Shown here: positions 1-8,708 of the stretch, one piece after another | Position numbering within the stretch: the stretch's first letter is position 1 | Layout of the letters: each line of letters starts with the position of its first letter | IMG/VR virus record: IMGVR_UViG_3300045988_162434 | Location: 64,001-122,443 of that record | Source: a virus | Direction: 5' to 3' (one strand) | DNA length: 58,443 nt | The notes under the pieces: generated by a model | Database searches by the model: none | The model's input: the letters and a program-made list of their open reading frames with translations, nothing else | Told to the model about the DNA's origin: nothing | Made by a program: the position numbers and the translations under genes

Positions 1-2
1 AT

Positions 3-629
3 TTTACTAGAGTTGGTTATGGTCAAGTAGAACCTAATCAGTTATCAGCTCAAAAAACAGGTCAAATTTATGCAAGTTTACCTCTTGATCCTAAAGTAGA
101 AGTACTTCAGAATGGTGAATTCATGTTCTATGATTACGCCACAGGAAGAGTAACTGCTGAGGGTAAGGGAGAGCCAATGCTCGTATTTAACGAAATTAAG
201 TTATATGAGGATTTCTGGAGAACTTCATATAAAGATTTCGCTATGATTAGAGTAGGCGATAATTATGTAACATCAAAGCTGGCAACAGCAGAGTATGGCG
301 ACGGCGCACTTACAAAAGGTGCATCAATTACTCCGGGTCATACAGAGTATCCATATCGTATGGATGGAATCGCTCCAAGATTATTTAAGACAAATATTGG
401 AGATATTTATACAACAAACATGGTTGAAACAGGTAAGGAATATGCAGTTGGCGACGAACTTCAACTTAAGAAAGTTGAAAACACTGGCGCAGATGGTGTA
501 TCAACATATAATACTTTAGTATTGACTAAAGAAGCTGATACAGCAGTTGGTACTATTAAGTTTGTAGTAGCTAAGGTATATACAATGCCTGATGGACAGC
601 CTGGACTTAAGATTCAGAGAATTGCGTAA
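3..629 (+). CDS. 5'-truncated virion (head-region) protein; reading frame open to the window edge, no stop between 3 and 122
   Basis: Frame-3 ORF continues upstream of the listed ATG at 123 with no in-frame stop. Lies immediately upstream of the putative capsid gene. Beta-rich composition. Product not recognised. Confidence 0.55.
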   Translation, partial: FTRVGYGQVEPNQLSAQKTGQIYASLPLDPKVEVLQNGEFMFYDYATGRVTAEGKGEPMLVFNEIKLYEDFWRTSYKDFAMIRVGDNYVTSKLATAEYGDGALTKGASITPGHTEYPYRMDGIAPRLFKTNIGDIYTTNMVETGKEYAVGDELQLKKVENTGADGVSTYNTLVLTKEADTAVGTIKFVVAKVYTMPDGQPGLKIQRIA

Positions 630-643
630 GGAGGATTTAGAAG

Positions 644-1669
644 ATGAAATTTGAACAGCTTTTACAGCTTGCTAAGACAGTCGCTAAGGCTAAGCCTTCT
701 GCTCCTGTTGCTTATAGCTTTGGCGAAAAGCAATACAGCTACGCAGATTTGAATGATACTCTTAGAGAAGAGTTCAATGGTCTTGCAGGTACATATAGAG
801 ATTATCAAATCAATAAAAATACAATTTTTGCTTTAATGGAGCAGACAATTAACGATGTTGTTCCAGAGAAAGTAATGCAGCAATATTCACAGTTTGCTGA
901 AGTTAGAATGTTTGCACAGGGTCAAAAACCTATCTTTACACAGAAAACAACTCTTGCTTCTAGAAGAAGAGCTAAGACATTTATTGGTAAAGTTGGTTTG
1001 GCTGGTCTGTACGAAGTATTCAAACTTGATGGTAGAAGTTTTGAAGTAACAACAAATGCTTTTGGTGGTGCTGCTCAGATCGGATTTGAGGAGTTCCTTG
1101 ATGGTAGAGTTGATTTTGCTGAAGTGCTTGATATTCTTATGGAAGGCATTGATGAATGCATCTACGTTGAAATTGAGAAGCAGCTGATTGGTGCTGTAGC
1201 TTCAATTCAGGCAGCTAACAAGACACAGCAAAATAGCTTTGTAGAGAAGAAAATGGATGAACTGCTTTCTATTGCAGATTCTTATGGTAGTCGTTCAACG
1301 ATTTATTGTACATTTGAATTTGCTGCAACAATGATTCCTTCAGATGCTAGAATGTCTGATGCAATGAAGAACACTTTGTGGTCAAATGGTTATATTGGTA
1401 ATTACAAGGGTCACCAAGTAGTAGTTCTGCCACAGTCATTTGAGGATGAAACAAATACTGTTAAGGTTATTGATCCTTCATATGCTTGGATTATTCCAAC
1501 AGGTGCAGAAAAACCTGTAAAGATTGCATTTGAGGGTGGCGCGATTGCAGAAGAATACACAAACTATGACCATTCAAAAGAAATTCAGGTTTACAAGAAA
1601 GTCGGAGTAAGAGCAATCTTCTCTAATGCTATCTGTGTATATCAGAATACATCTTTAACAAGAGCGTAA
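644..1669 (+). CDS. putative major capsid protein (HK97-fold size class, 341 aa)
   Basis: RBS AAGGAGGA 8 nt upstream. Size and position (followed by a hairpin terminator and small head-tail genes) fit a major capsid protein. No definitive motif, so the call is inferred. Confidence 0.5.
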   Translation: MKFEQLLQLAKTVAKAKPSAPVAYSFGEKQYSYADLNDTLREEFNGLAGTYRDYQINKNTIFALMEQTINDVVPEKVMQQYSQFAEVRMFAQGQKPIFTQKTTLASRRRAKTFIGKVGLAGLYEVFKLDGRSFEVTTNAFGGAAQIGFEEFLDGRVDFAEVLDILMEGIDECIYVEIEKQLIGAVASIQAANKTQQNSFVEKKMDELLSIADSYGSRSTIYCTFEFAATMIPSDARMSDAMKNTLWSNGYIGNYKGHQVVVLPQSFEDETNTVKVIDPSYAWIIPTGAEKPVKIAFEGGAIAEEYTNYDHSKEIQVYKKVGVRAIFSNAICVYQNTSLTRA

Positions 1670-1688
1670 TTTATAATACAAGAGAATA

Positions 1689-1716
1689 GGGGAGATTGAA
1701 TTATCTCCCCAATTTT
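1689..1716 (+). terminator. rho-independent terminator (GGGGAGAT-TGAATT-ATCTCCCC plus T-rich tail) after the capsid gene
   Basis: Perfect 8-bp GC-rich inverted repeat followed by AATTTTCT, seen directly in the sequence. Confidence 0.6.
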
Positions 1717-1747
1717 CTGCTATTAAGAGATAAAGGAGAATTTAATA

Positions 1748-2308
1748 ATGGATAGAATTTCTGTAACAAACAATAGCACAAATAGTGTCGGATATCAGAT
1801 TCCAGAAGATGGAATTGATAGACAATTTAATATTGGAGAAACAAAACAAATTTCTTTAGATGAATTACAAAAAGTTCAATATGTTCCAGGCGGAGACTAT
1901 ATTTTAAAGAATTGTTTAACTATAAATGATAAAGATGCACTTGCATTTTTAAATATGGAAGTAGAACCAGAATATTTTTATAGTACAGAAGATATTAAGA
2001 ATATTCTGCTAAATGGTACAATGGATGAATTTGAAGATTTTATCAATTTTGCAACAGAAGGCGGGCTTGATACTGCTAAGAAACTCGCGGTTGATCTTCA
2101 AATTCCAGATATGAGAAAAAGAAAAATGCTGGGAGAAAAGCTTAATTTTAATGTAAATACAGCGATTGAAATTAATGAAATGATGGCTAGCGAAGATGCC
2201 CCAGTAGAAGAAACTAAGCCAACTAGAAAGGTAACACCAAAGGCGGAAACCGCGCCTGCGCCTGCCAGAAAAACTGCTCCTAAATATAATGTAACAAAGA
2301 TGGGATAA
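1748..2308 (+). CDS. hypothetical head/neck-region protein (186 aa), Ala/Pro-rich basic C-terminus
   Basis: ORF with RBS AAAGGAGA. Position in the structural module. Confidence 0.7.
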   Translation: MDRISVTNNSTNSVGYQIPEDGIDRQFNIGETKQISLDELQKVQYVPGGDYILKNCLTINDKDALAFLNMEVEPEYFYSTEDIKNILLNGTMDEFEDFINFATEGGLDTAKKLAVDLQIPDMRKRKMLGEKLNFNVNTAIEINEMMASEDAPVEETKPTRKVTPKAETAPAPARKTAPKYNVTKMG

Positions 2309-2331
2309 TAAAGAGAAAAGGAGGATACTCT

Positions 2332-2892
2332 ATGGATAATAAAGTAACCTCATTCTCAGCTATATATGATAGATTTCTTGAAAAGGTAACTGATGATATG
2401 TATATGGAAATTTCAGAAGTAGAAACTTTACCTTTGCTTCAAGAAATGCTTATTGCTGCAATTTCTTTTGTTGAGTTTCCAAGATTTGATATTTATGACT
2501 ATGTAGAAGGTTATTATGATGACTTGGGTGACTATTGTGGGGTTGAAAGTGATAATATAAAAGTGCCGGCTATCGGATGGATAGGCGGCTACTTTAATGC
2601 AGAATTAACTCCAGAAGAAAAAGAGATTATTGCTATGTATATGGTTGTAGAATGGTTAGGTCAACAATTAGCTCATGTAGATAATACACGAATGAAATAT
2701 AGTGGATCTGATTTTAAATTTACTTCTCAAGCTAATCACATGGCTAAATTAAAAGTTTTAAAAGAAAGCTATATACAACAAGGTTTTCATTTACAAAGAC
2801 TTTATAAGAGAAGAAAAAGAGGAAAAAATGGTCTTATGTTATCTACTATGGGGCAGATAATGGAGGAACCATCCTATGGTTATAAAATATAA
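2332..2892 (+). CDS. hypothetical protein (186 aa), possibly head-tail connector/adaptor
   Basis: ORF with RBS AAAGGAGGA. Position between capsid and tail genes. Confidence 0.7.
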   Translation: MDNKVTSFSAIYDRFLEKVTDDMYMEISEVETLPLLQEMLIAAISFVEFPRFDIYDYVEGYYDDLGDYCGVESDNIKVPAIGWIGGYFNAELTPEEKEIIAMYMVVEWLGQQLAHVDNTRMKYSGSDFKFTSQANHMAKLKVLKESYIQQGFHLQRLYKRRKRGKNGLMLSTMGQIMEEPSYGYKI

Positions 2893-3217
2893 TTGCAATG
2901 TAACAAAAGAAGCAGTTAAAAATACAATAACCAGATTAACAAATCAGATTTATAAAGTTCTTCCATTGAAAGAAGAAAACAAAGATTGGAAAACTTCTTT
3001 AAATAATACAATCTTTGAATTAGTAGGTTTAGATAGTTTATTATCTGATTATTTTAGTTTTTTTAAAATTTTATGCAAATTAGAAAGTCTATTGTTTTTA
3101 GATAATGAGGATGATGAACAAGAATTTTTTTATTTTAGGAAAACTATTTTTGAATGCTTGAGTTTAATGAATGAGGTGAAGCGATGTCTGGATTCGATAG
3201 AATGTCCACAAGAATAA
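2876..3217 (+). CDS. hypothetical small structural-module protein (113 aa)
   Basis: ORF overlapping its upstream neighbour by 17 nt, RBS GGAGGAA 7 nt upstream. Confidence 0.6.
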   Translation: MVIKYNCNVTKEAVKNTITRLTNQIYKVLPLKEENKDWKTSLNNTIFELVGLDSLLSDYFSFFKILCKLESLLFLDNEDDEQEFFYFRKTIFECLSLMNEVKRCLDSIECPQE

Positions 3218-4086
3218 ACTATTTAGGTGGCAAATCAGCAGATTGTCGCTTAAATAAAGGTAAATTAAAATCTATGCTTTCTTCTCAGCAAAATTCATAT
3301 CAAGCTGAATGGATAACATTAAATAACAATAAAAAATGGCGTTGTTTAATAAATCCAGATAAGCTGAAAGAAGATTATGATCAAAAAGAAATTTCTATTG
3401 AATTTGAAGCTGGATTACAAGAGGGCGATACTTTTTATTGGGATAGAACTAAAACATATTGGATTACATATTTACAAGATTATGCAGAAGAAGCTTATTT
3501 TAGAGCAGCAATTAGAAGATGTAATTATTCAATAGATATAAATAAAAACAAGTATTGGGTTTATTTGCGGGGTCCGGTTGAGACTTCCCTAATCTGGAGA
3601 CAGAAGCATTCAATCGAAAGCAATGACTTAAATTATACTTTAATTGTTTATATTACTAAAAACGAAGAAACAGAAGCGTTCTTTAAAAGATTTCAAATTG
3701 TAAAATTTGATAATCATAATTGGAGAGTTGCCGCAGTCGATAGATATAGTCAAAGAGGTATTATTGAAGTCTATTTAGATGAATACTTTGACAACGTTGA
3801 TGAAGACAATATGATTATTCCTGAGATTCAAGAATTTGGACGAAGAGATCCTCATATCGACGGCCCGCAAATTGTAGAAGTTTTTGGAGAAGAAATTGAA
3901 TATTCTATAAAAAATGCTAGTAATGGTAAATTTGTAGTTAATTCTAATAAGGTTAAAATTGTAAAATCAGATGAAAATACGTTAGTGTTAAATATATTAA
4001 CAGGAAAAGCTGATTCTTTTATAATTTCTTATATTAGAGAGGGAGAAGAAGATATTACATTAAAAGTAAATATTGATTCTTTCTAG
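3184..4086 (+). CDS. hypothetical structural protein (300 aa)
   Basis: Long ORF in an operon context. Start uncertain: GAGGTGA lies only 4 nt before the ATG. Confidence 0.7.
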   Translation: MSGFDRMSTRINYLGGKSADCRLNKGKLKSMLSSQQNSYQAEWITLNNNKKWRCLINPDKLKEDYDQKEISIEFEAGLQEGDTFYWDRTKTYWITYLQDYAEEAYFRAAIRRCNYSIDINKNKYWVYLRGPVETSLIWRQKHSIESNDLNYTLIVYITKNEETEAFFKRFQIVKFDNHNWRVAAVDRYSQRGIIEVYLDEYFDNVDEDNMIIPEIQEFGRRDPHIDGPQIVEVFGEEIEYSIKNASNGKFVVNSNKVKIVKSDENTLVLNILTGKADSFIISYIREGEEDITLKVNIDSF

Positions 4087-4104
4087 AGTTAAAGGAGATT
4101 TTTA

Positions 4105-4713
4105 ATGAGAGCTGGAAAAATGAATGGATACAATGGAGAAATAAAATCCACCTTTCTCTCTTGTGAAAAAGATACAGAAGCAATATTAAAAAAGTTATTT
4201 GTAGATAGTAAACCCTATAGTGATATGCTTAAAAGATTACTTATTATAAATACTAAAGATTGTCTTTTTGATATGACAAATCCTGAGTATAATAAGAGAA
4301 TAAAAGAAAAAAGTGTAGCTAAGATGTATGATGAAGGATATATTAGATTAAATCCTAATCTTGATATGGGCGAAAATGAACAAGTAAAAAGCTATATTTT
4401 AATAACTTTTGATAATTTTGCTCCTTGTGAAAGAAATCCTCATTTTAGGGATTGTACTGTTATGATAGATATAATCTGTCATACTCAATACTGGGATGTG
4501 GGAAACTATAGGCAGCGACCGCTTAAAATTGCTGGCTATATTGATGGTATTTTAAATGAATGTAAGCTTTCGGGTTTGGGAACACTAAACTTTATGGGAT
4601 GTAATGAAATCGTCATTTCAGAAGAATTATCTGGCTATTGTTTAACATATGCTGCAGTTCATGGTTCTGATGATTTTATTCCAGAGGCGGGTGACCCTGA
4701 TAATGGTGAATAA
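4105..4713 (+). CDS. hypothetical structural protein (202 aa)
   Basis: ORF with RBS AAAGGAGA. Confidence 0.7.
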   Translation: MRAGKMNGYNGEIKSTFLSCEKDTEAILKKLFVDSKPYSDMLKRLLIINTKDCLFDMTNPEYNKRIKEKSVAKMYDEGYIRLNPNLDMGENEQVKSYILITFDNFAPCERNPHFRDCTVMIDIICHTQYWDVGNYRQRPLKIAGYIDGILNECKLSGLGTLNFMGCNEIVISEELSGYCLTYAAVHGSDDFIPEAGDPDNGE

Positions 4714-5452
4714 TTTATTACTTTTATCGGGGTTGGATATCCCCTTTTTAGATGCTCAGGTCAATATTCATCAACCCACTATTAAAGAAATTTCACTTAT
4801 TAGTGAAGAAAGTTTTCATTCAGGTTGTTCATTTTTAAATTTTTCAAAAGATTTGTTACCTGAAGAGGACAAAATAGGTTTAGAGAATAAGAGTGATTTT
4901 GAAATATTTATGTCAATGATGAATACAAAAGAAAAAGCACAGTTTAAAACAGATACTCTATTGTTGTTAACTTTACTTTTTCCAAATCATTCAATAAAAT
5001 TTGAACCTAATAGGATTATTTTAACAAATTTAAGTTTAGAAAATAATCCAAAATCTTTTATTCATTTAGGCAATTATGATGCTTTTAAAAGTATTATAAT
5101 AGATATGTTCTGTTTAACACCACCCGGCAAAGGAGAGGGAGAATATAATCCAGCTGATGGCTTTGCCGCGAAGATTGCTGCAAAATTAAAAGCAAGACAC
5201 GATAAGCTTAAAAAACAGCATAAGGAAAAAGATGCTCCAAAAGAGATATTTAATCTTTATATTTCAATTCTTGCTGTTGGTGAGCAAAAAGACATTAACA
5301 GTTTAATGAATTATACTGTATATCAGCTTACTGATGAATTCACTCGTTATCAAAAGAAACTTGCTTATGATATGCATATGCAAGCTATAATGGCTGGTGC
5401 AACAGATTTAGATGAAGTAGAGTATTGGATGGAAGATATCCATTCCAAATAA
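4703..5452 (+). CDS. hypothetical protein, about 250 aa (start revised from the ORF-track ATG at 4649)
   Basis: ATG at 4703 overlaps the upstream stop (ATGGTGAATAA) with GGTGA 8 nt upstream. The earlier ATGs at 4649, 4661 and 4670 lie deep inside the upstream gene with no SD. Confidence 0.55.
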   Translation: MVNNLLLLSGLDIPFLDAQVNIHQPTIKEISLISEESFHSGCSFLNFSKDLLPEEDKIGLENKSDFEIFMSMMNTKEKAQFKTDTLLLLTLLFPNHSIKFEPNRIILTNLSLENNPKSFIHLGNYDAFKSIIIDMFCLTPPGKGEGEYNPADGFAAKIAAKLKARHDKLKKQHKEKDAPKEIFNLYISILAVGEQKDINSLMNYTVYQLTDEFTRYQKKLAYDMHMQAIMAGATDLDEVEYWMEDIHSK

Positions 5453-5475
5453 TTAAAATTAAGGAGGAAATAGAC

Positions 5476-6498
5476 ATGAAGTTCGGTGTCCGCGAGATTT
5501 GCGATGTAGTATTTAAGGCTACAGCGAACAATCAAAAGATTGGTCAAAAGACATTCAAAAAGGGTCAGCCTTGTTTCATGATTGATACAGCTAAGACTTC
5601 TAGTCTTGAGCAGGCTACAACAACAGTTTATGCTCAAGGTGGTAAAGGTAATAACCGTCTGATCGCTTGGGAAGGTGAAAAGACAATGACCTTCACAGTT
5701 GAAGATGCACTTATCTCTCCTATGGGATTAGCAGTACTTTCAGGTGCAGGACTTATTAACCCAGATAAAGAGAACGTAAGCCACGTTCACATCACAGTAA
5801 ATAAGATGACAAGTAGCACTGGTGTAGCAGAAGTTGATCTTGACGATTTAAGAGAAGAGACTGGATTAAATGCAGCAACATCTTTTATCGTTTGTGGTGT
5901 TATTCCAGCTTATGCTACTGTTCTTGATGGATCAGGTGCAGGTATTGACTGGATTAGCGATGTAGCTGTTTCTGGTACAAAGGCTGTTGAAGATGCAACT
6001 GAGGGGCATGAAGATTATAAGGTAGACAAAGACACTGTAGCTACGTTTACTCTTAAAGATGCTACTGGTCAAACCGTTAATAGCAAGACTGTACAGTTAG
6101 ACTTCTACTTAATTATGAGTACAGGTGTAACAGAAGTAGAAATTAAGCCAGAAGACTTTGGTGGTTACTTCTATGTTGAAGCTCAGACCCTGTTTAGACG
6201 TGAAGATGATGGTCAGGATATGGCAGCTGAAATTATTTTACCTCGTGTAAAGGTTCAGTCTGGATTCACATTCTCAATGGCTTCATCTGGTGACCCTTCA
6301 ACATTTACATTTACTATGGATGCTTTCCCTGGTTATACACAGTTCGATTCTACAAAGAAAGTAATGTGTGTAATGCAGGTTATTGGTACAGATAATCTTG
6401 GAAGTGATTCTGATTCTGTTCATGCTACACAGCATGGTACATTAACAAAGGATACTCCTGATTATACTGCAGCAGCAAACGAAGTTGTAGGACCATAA
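5476..6498 (+). CDS. putative major tail protein (340 aa)
   Basis: Start revised to ATG 5476 (RBS AAGGAGGAAA, 6-nt spacer) inside the track ORF 5425..6498. Abundant-protein codon usage (about 40% GC). Strong terminator downstream. Position ahead of the tape measure gene. Confidence 0.5.
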   Translation: MKFGVREICDVVFKATANNQKIGQKTFKKGQPCFMIDTAKTSSLEQATTTVYAQGGKGNNRLIAWEGEKTMTFTVEDALISPMGLAVLSGAGLINPDKENVSHVHITVNKMTSSTGVAEVDLDDLREETGLNAATSFIVCGVIPAYATVLDGSGAGIDWISDVAVSGTKAVEDATEGHEDYKVDKDTVATFTLKDATGQTVNSKTVQLDFYLIMSTGVTEVEIKPEDFGGYFYVEAQTLFRREDDGQDMAAEIILPRVKVQSGFTFSMASSGDPSTFTFTMDAFPGYTQFDSTKKVMCVMQVIGTDNLGSDSDSVHATQHGTLTKDTPDYTAAANEVVGP

Positions 6499-6512
6499 TA
6501 TAAAGAAGATGC

Positions 6513-6541
6513 GGGAGCGCGGTGCGCTCCCAATTTTTTTA
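6513..6541 (+). terminator. rho-independent terminator GGGAGCGC-GGT-GCGCTCCC plus T7 run
   Basis: Perfect 8-bp GC stem followed by AATTTTTTT. Confidence 0.75.
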
Positions 6542-6565
6542 TATCTAAAAGGAAGTGAATAAGCT

Positions 6566-8020
6566 ATGGCAAAAATTCAAAGATCTGGTTATTATATACA
6601 CCATTCTATAAAAGGCTATAATAAAAATGGTGTGTTTTTAGATAGCTCGTATGAGTATAATGCATGGCACAGTCGCCACACTGAAATATTAAATAATTTA
6701 CAACTAACAAAACTTAATGGACAACAAAATAATTTTGCTAAAACACTAGAACAATTTTTAAATGCTGCAAGAGATAGCCAAAAAGATAAAATTGATGCTT
6801 TTAAATTTCCAGAGGATGAAAAACAAAAAATGTATAATTTAATCAGTGAAAAAGTTAATGAAAAATATAATAATGCAAGGTTTGATGATAACGGTAATTT
6901 AATTTCTGGAAGTCGTGACTCTAGCATAACTGTTTCTCAATATAACAACAAGCCAGGGTATTTAGATCTAGATGCAATTAAAAAAAGATTAAATAAAATG
7001 AATGATTTAGCAAAAAATTCTCAAGATTTTCTTGATTCATTACAAAAAAAGAATAAAAATATAGACACCTTAAATGTAAAATTAAAAGAATTAAATAATA
7101 AAATTGCAAATATGACTAAAGATAGTGGCGTTGTTCCTATTAGTAGAAAATATGGTACTTTTGGTTTTATAACCCAATTTAATGATGTAATTAGAGAATA
7201 TTATGGTCAAGTTCCAAAAGCTTTAATTGAAGGCTTACATTTTGAGTATTTTGTAGAAGAAACAGTAAAAAATTTTATAGATCAACTTAATACTGAATTA
7301 AAAAAGAATACAGGAATTCAAGTTACAGGTGCAATAAATGCAGGTGGTACTTCAAGAAATATTGATGAACATTTAGTTTTTAGCGCACAAGGAAATGATA
7401 AAATTACTGTTGATACTAAATATAATATGCGTTCAAAAGTAGACTCTTATTTAACAATTACAGTTAATGGAAAACCAAAATATCTTGGCTTATCAGAAAA
7501 ATCTGAAACCTTTGAACAATATGGTTCTTGGATTACATTAGTTTCAGGAACGCCTCTTTATAGATTACTTATGGATACAGATAAAAATTATCAAATGCAT
7601 TTTGTGAATATTGCGGCATTAGGTCCAAAAGCAAAGAAGGCAAAAGCCTTAGTAAATGATGCTGGAATCATTATGTTAGCAAGAGCAATAAAAGGATATG
7701 ACATAAATAAAAAATTAGGTGATTTCTTAATTGTTAATGACAAAACAACTGGACAAATAAAAGTTAAATTAGTTGATGAATTATTACAAGATATAATTCA
7801 AAAAGTTGAACAAAATGGTAATTTTAGAAATGCAGTTACAATTAAAGTTAATGGTAAAAATATTCTTATCAATAGTGGCATGAGATTTTTAGGAAAAGAA
7901 AATAGAAAAATAGGAAGAAAAGGTAATGATATAGAACTTGCTTATCAAAGAAGTAAAAAAGTTATTTCAGGTTATTTAGCATCAAGAGCAGTAGTAAGTC
8001 TGCGATTTTTAATGAACTAA
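6566..8020 (+). CDS. unknown K/N-rich protein (484 aa) in an extremely AT-rich (about 20-25% GC) gene: N-terminal coiled coil plus C-terminal globular domain. Candidate horizontally acquired accessory gene.
   Basis: Sharp drop in GC relative to the flanking genes (about 40%). Sits between a terminator and a consensus promoter. No recognisable motif. Confidence 0.75.
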   Translation: MAKIQRSGYYIHHSIKGYNKNGVFLDSSYEYNAWHSRHTEILNNLQLTKLNGQQNNFAKTLEQFLNAARDSQKDKIDAFKFPEDEKQKMYNLISEKVNEKYNNARFDDNGNLISGSRDSSITVSQYNNKPGYLDLDAIKKRLNKMNDLAKNSQDFLDSLQKKNKNIDTLNVKLKELNNKIANMTKDSGVVPISRKYGTFGFITQFNDVIREYYGQVPKALIEGLHFEYFVEETVKNFIDQLNTELKKNTGIQVTGAINAGGTSRNIDEHLVFSAQGNDKITVDTKYNMRSKVDSYLTITVNGKPKYLGLSEKSETFEQYGSWITLVSGTPLYRLLMDTDKNYQMHFVNIAALGPKAKKAKALVNDAGIIMLARAIKGYDINKKLGDFLIVNDKTTGQIKVKLVDELLQDIIQKVEQNGNFRNAVTIKVNGKNILINSGMRFLGKENRKIGRKGNDIELAYQRSKKVISGYLASRAVVSLRFLMN

Positions 8021-8023
8021 AAC

Positions 8024-8052
8024 TTGACAAGACAAAATTTTTTTGCTATAAT
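8024..8052 (+). promoter_or_regulatory. consensus sigma-A promoter TTGACA-17-TGcTATAAT
   Basis: Exact -35 and -10 hexamers with 17-nt spacer and an extended -10 TG, about 35 nt upstream of the ATG at 8087. Confidence 0.7.
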
Positions 8053-8086
8053 TATTGTAGAAAGAAAAACAAAAGGAGAAAAAGGA

Positions 8087-8623
8087 ATGGCAAAAGTTAG
8101 TTTCTCTTCTTTAAAATTAAAGGTTAAAGAAGATATAGAAGAAATTTATTTTGGAGATAAAAAAGTAGAAGTAAAAACTTATATTTCTACAGAAGAATTA
8201 AATGATATGATCCAGGCGGTTGTGGAGCAAGCTACCACATCAACAATTTATAATGATTTCCTTGGAAATTGTATATTGGCAGATTATATTATTATGACGC
8301 ACACAAATCTTTCTTTTACAGACGCTCAGAAATCAGATTTGCTTAAGTTATTTGATATTCTTAAAACAAATGGCGTTATGAACGTAATACTTGATGCTAT
8401 TGGTTCAGAAGAAATGGATCGAATTCTTAAAGCTTATGAGTGGGTTGTAACAGAATATAAGAAATATACATATTCGGTCAAAGGACTCACAGACCAGATT
8501 TTGCAGTTCGCACCAAAGTCCGCGAATGATATTGCAGAACAATTAAAAGATTTTGATGTTGATAAGTATTCACAGATAATGGAGATGGCTAAAGGAACTG
8601 GCATTCAGTTTGAACGGTCATAA
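8087..8623 (+). CDS. acidic 178-aa protein in its own promoter-gene-terminator unit (moron); could alternatively be a tail assembly chaperone
   Basis: RBS AAAGGAGAAAAAGGA. ATG at 8087 lies in frame inside the track ORF starting at 8024. Flanked by the promoter at 8024 and a 14-bp-stem terminator at 8637. Confidence 0.7.
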   Translation: MAKVSFSSLKLKVKEDIEEIYFGDKKVEVKTYISTEELNDMIQAVVEQATTSTIYNDFLGNCILADYIIMTHTNLSFTDAQKSDLLKLFDILKTNGVMNVILDAIGSEEMDRILKAYEWVVTEYKKYTYSVKGLTDQILQFAPKSANDIAEQLKDFDVDKYSQIMEMAKGTGIQFERS

Positions 8624-8636
8624 TAAGTTAATTTTA

Positions 8637-8679
8637 AAGACCTTACTATTATAATTTAATAGTAAGGTCTTATTTTTTT
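8637..8679 (+). terminator. strong rho-independent terminator (14-bp stem AAGACCTTACTATT / AATAGTAAGGTCTT, T7 run)
   Basis: Perfect inverted repeat plus ATTTTTTT immediately after the stop at 8623. Confidence 0.8.
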
Positions 8680-8708
8680 GCAATTAAATAAGAAAAGGAG
8701 GAAACGGA

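Noticed and set aside
4649-4702. ATG at 4649 (also 4661 and 4670) as start of the 4.7-kb gene
   Set aside because: These lie 55-65 nt inside the upstream gene and have no SD. ATG 4703 overlaps the upstream stop (a typical coupling arrangement) with GGTGA 8 nt upstream.
8024-8623. Programmed -1 frameshift producing a G/GT-type tail chaperone fusion upstream of the tape measure
   Set aside because: No overlapping downstream ORF in the -1 or +1 frame and no slippery heptamer was noticed. A strong terminator follows the gene directly.
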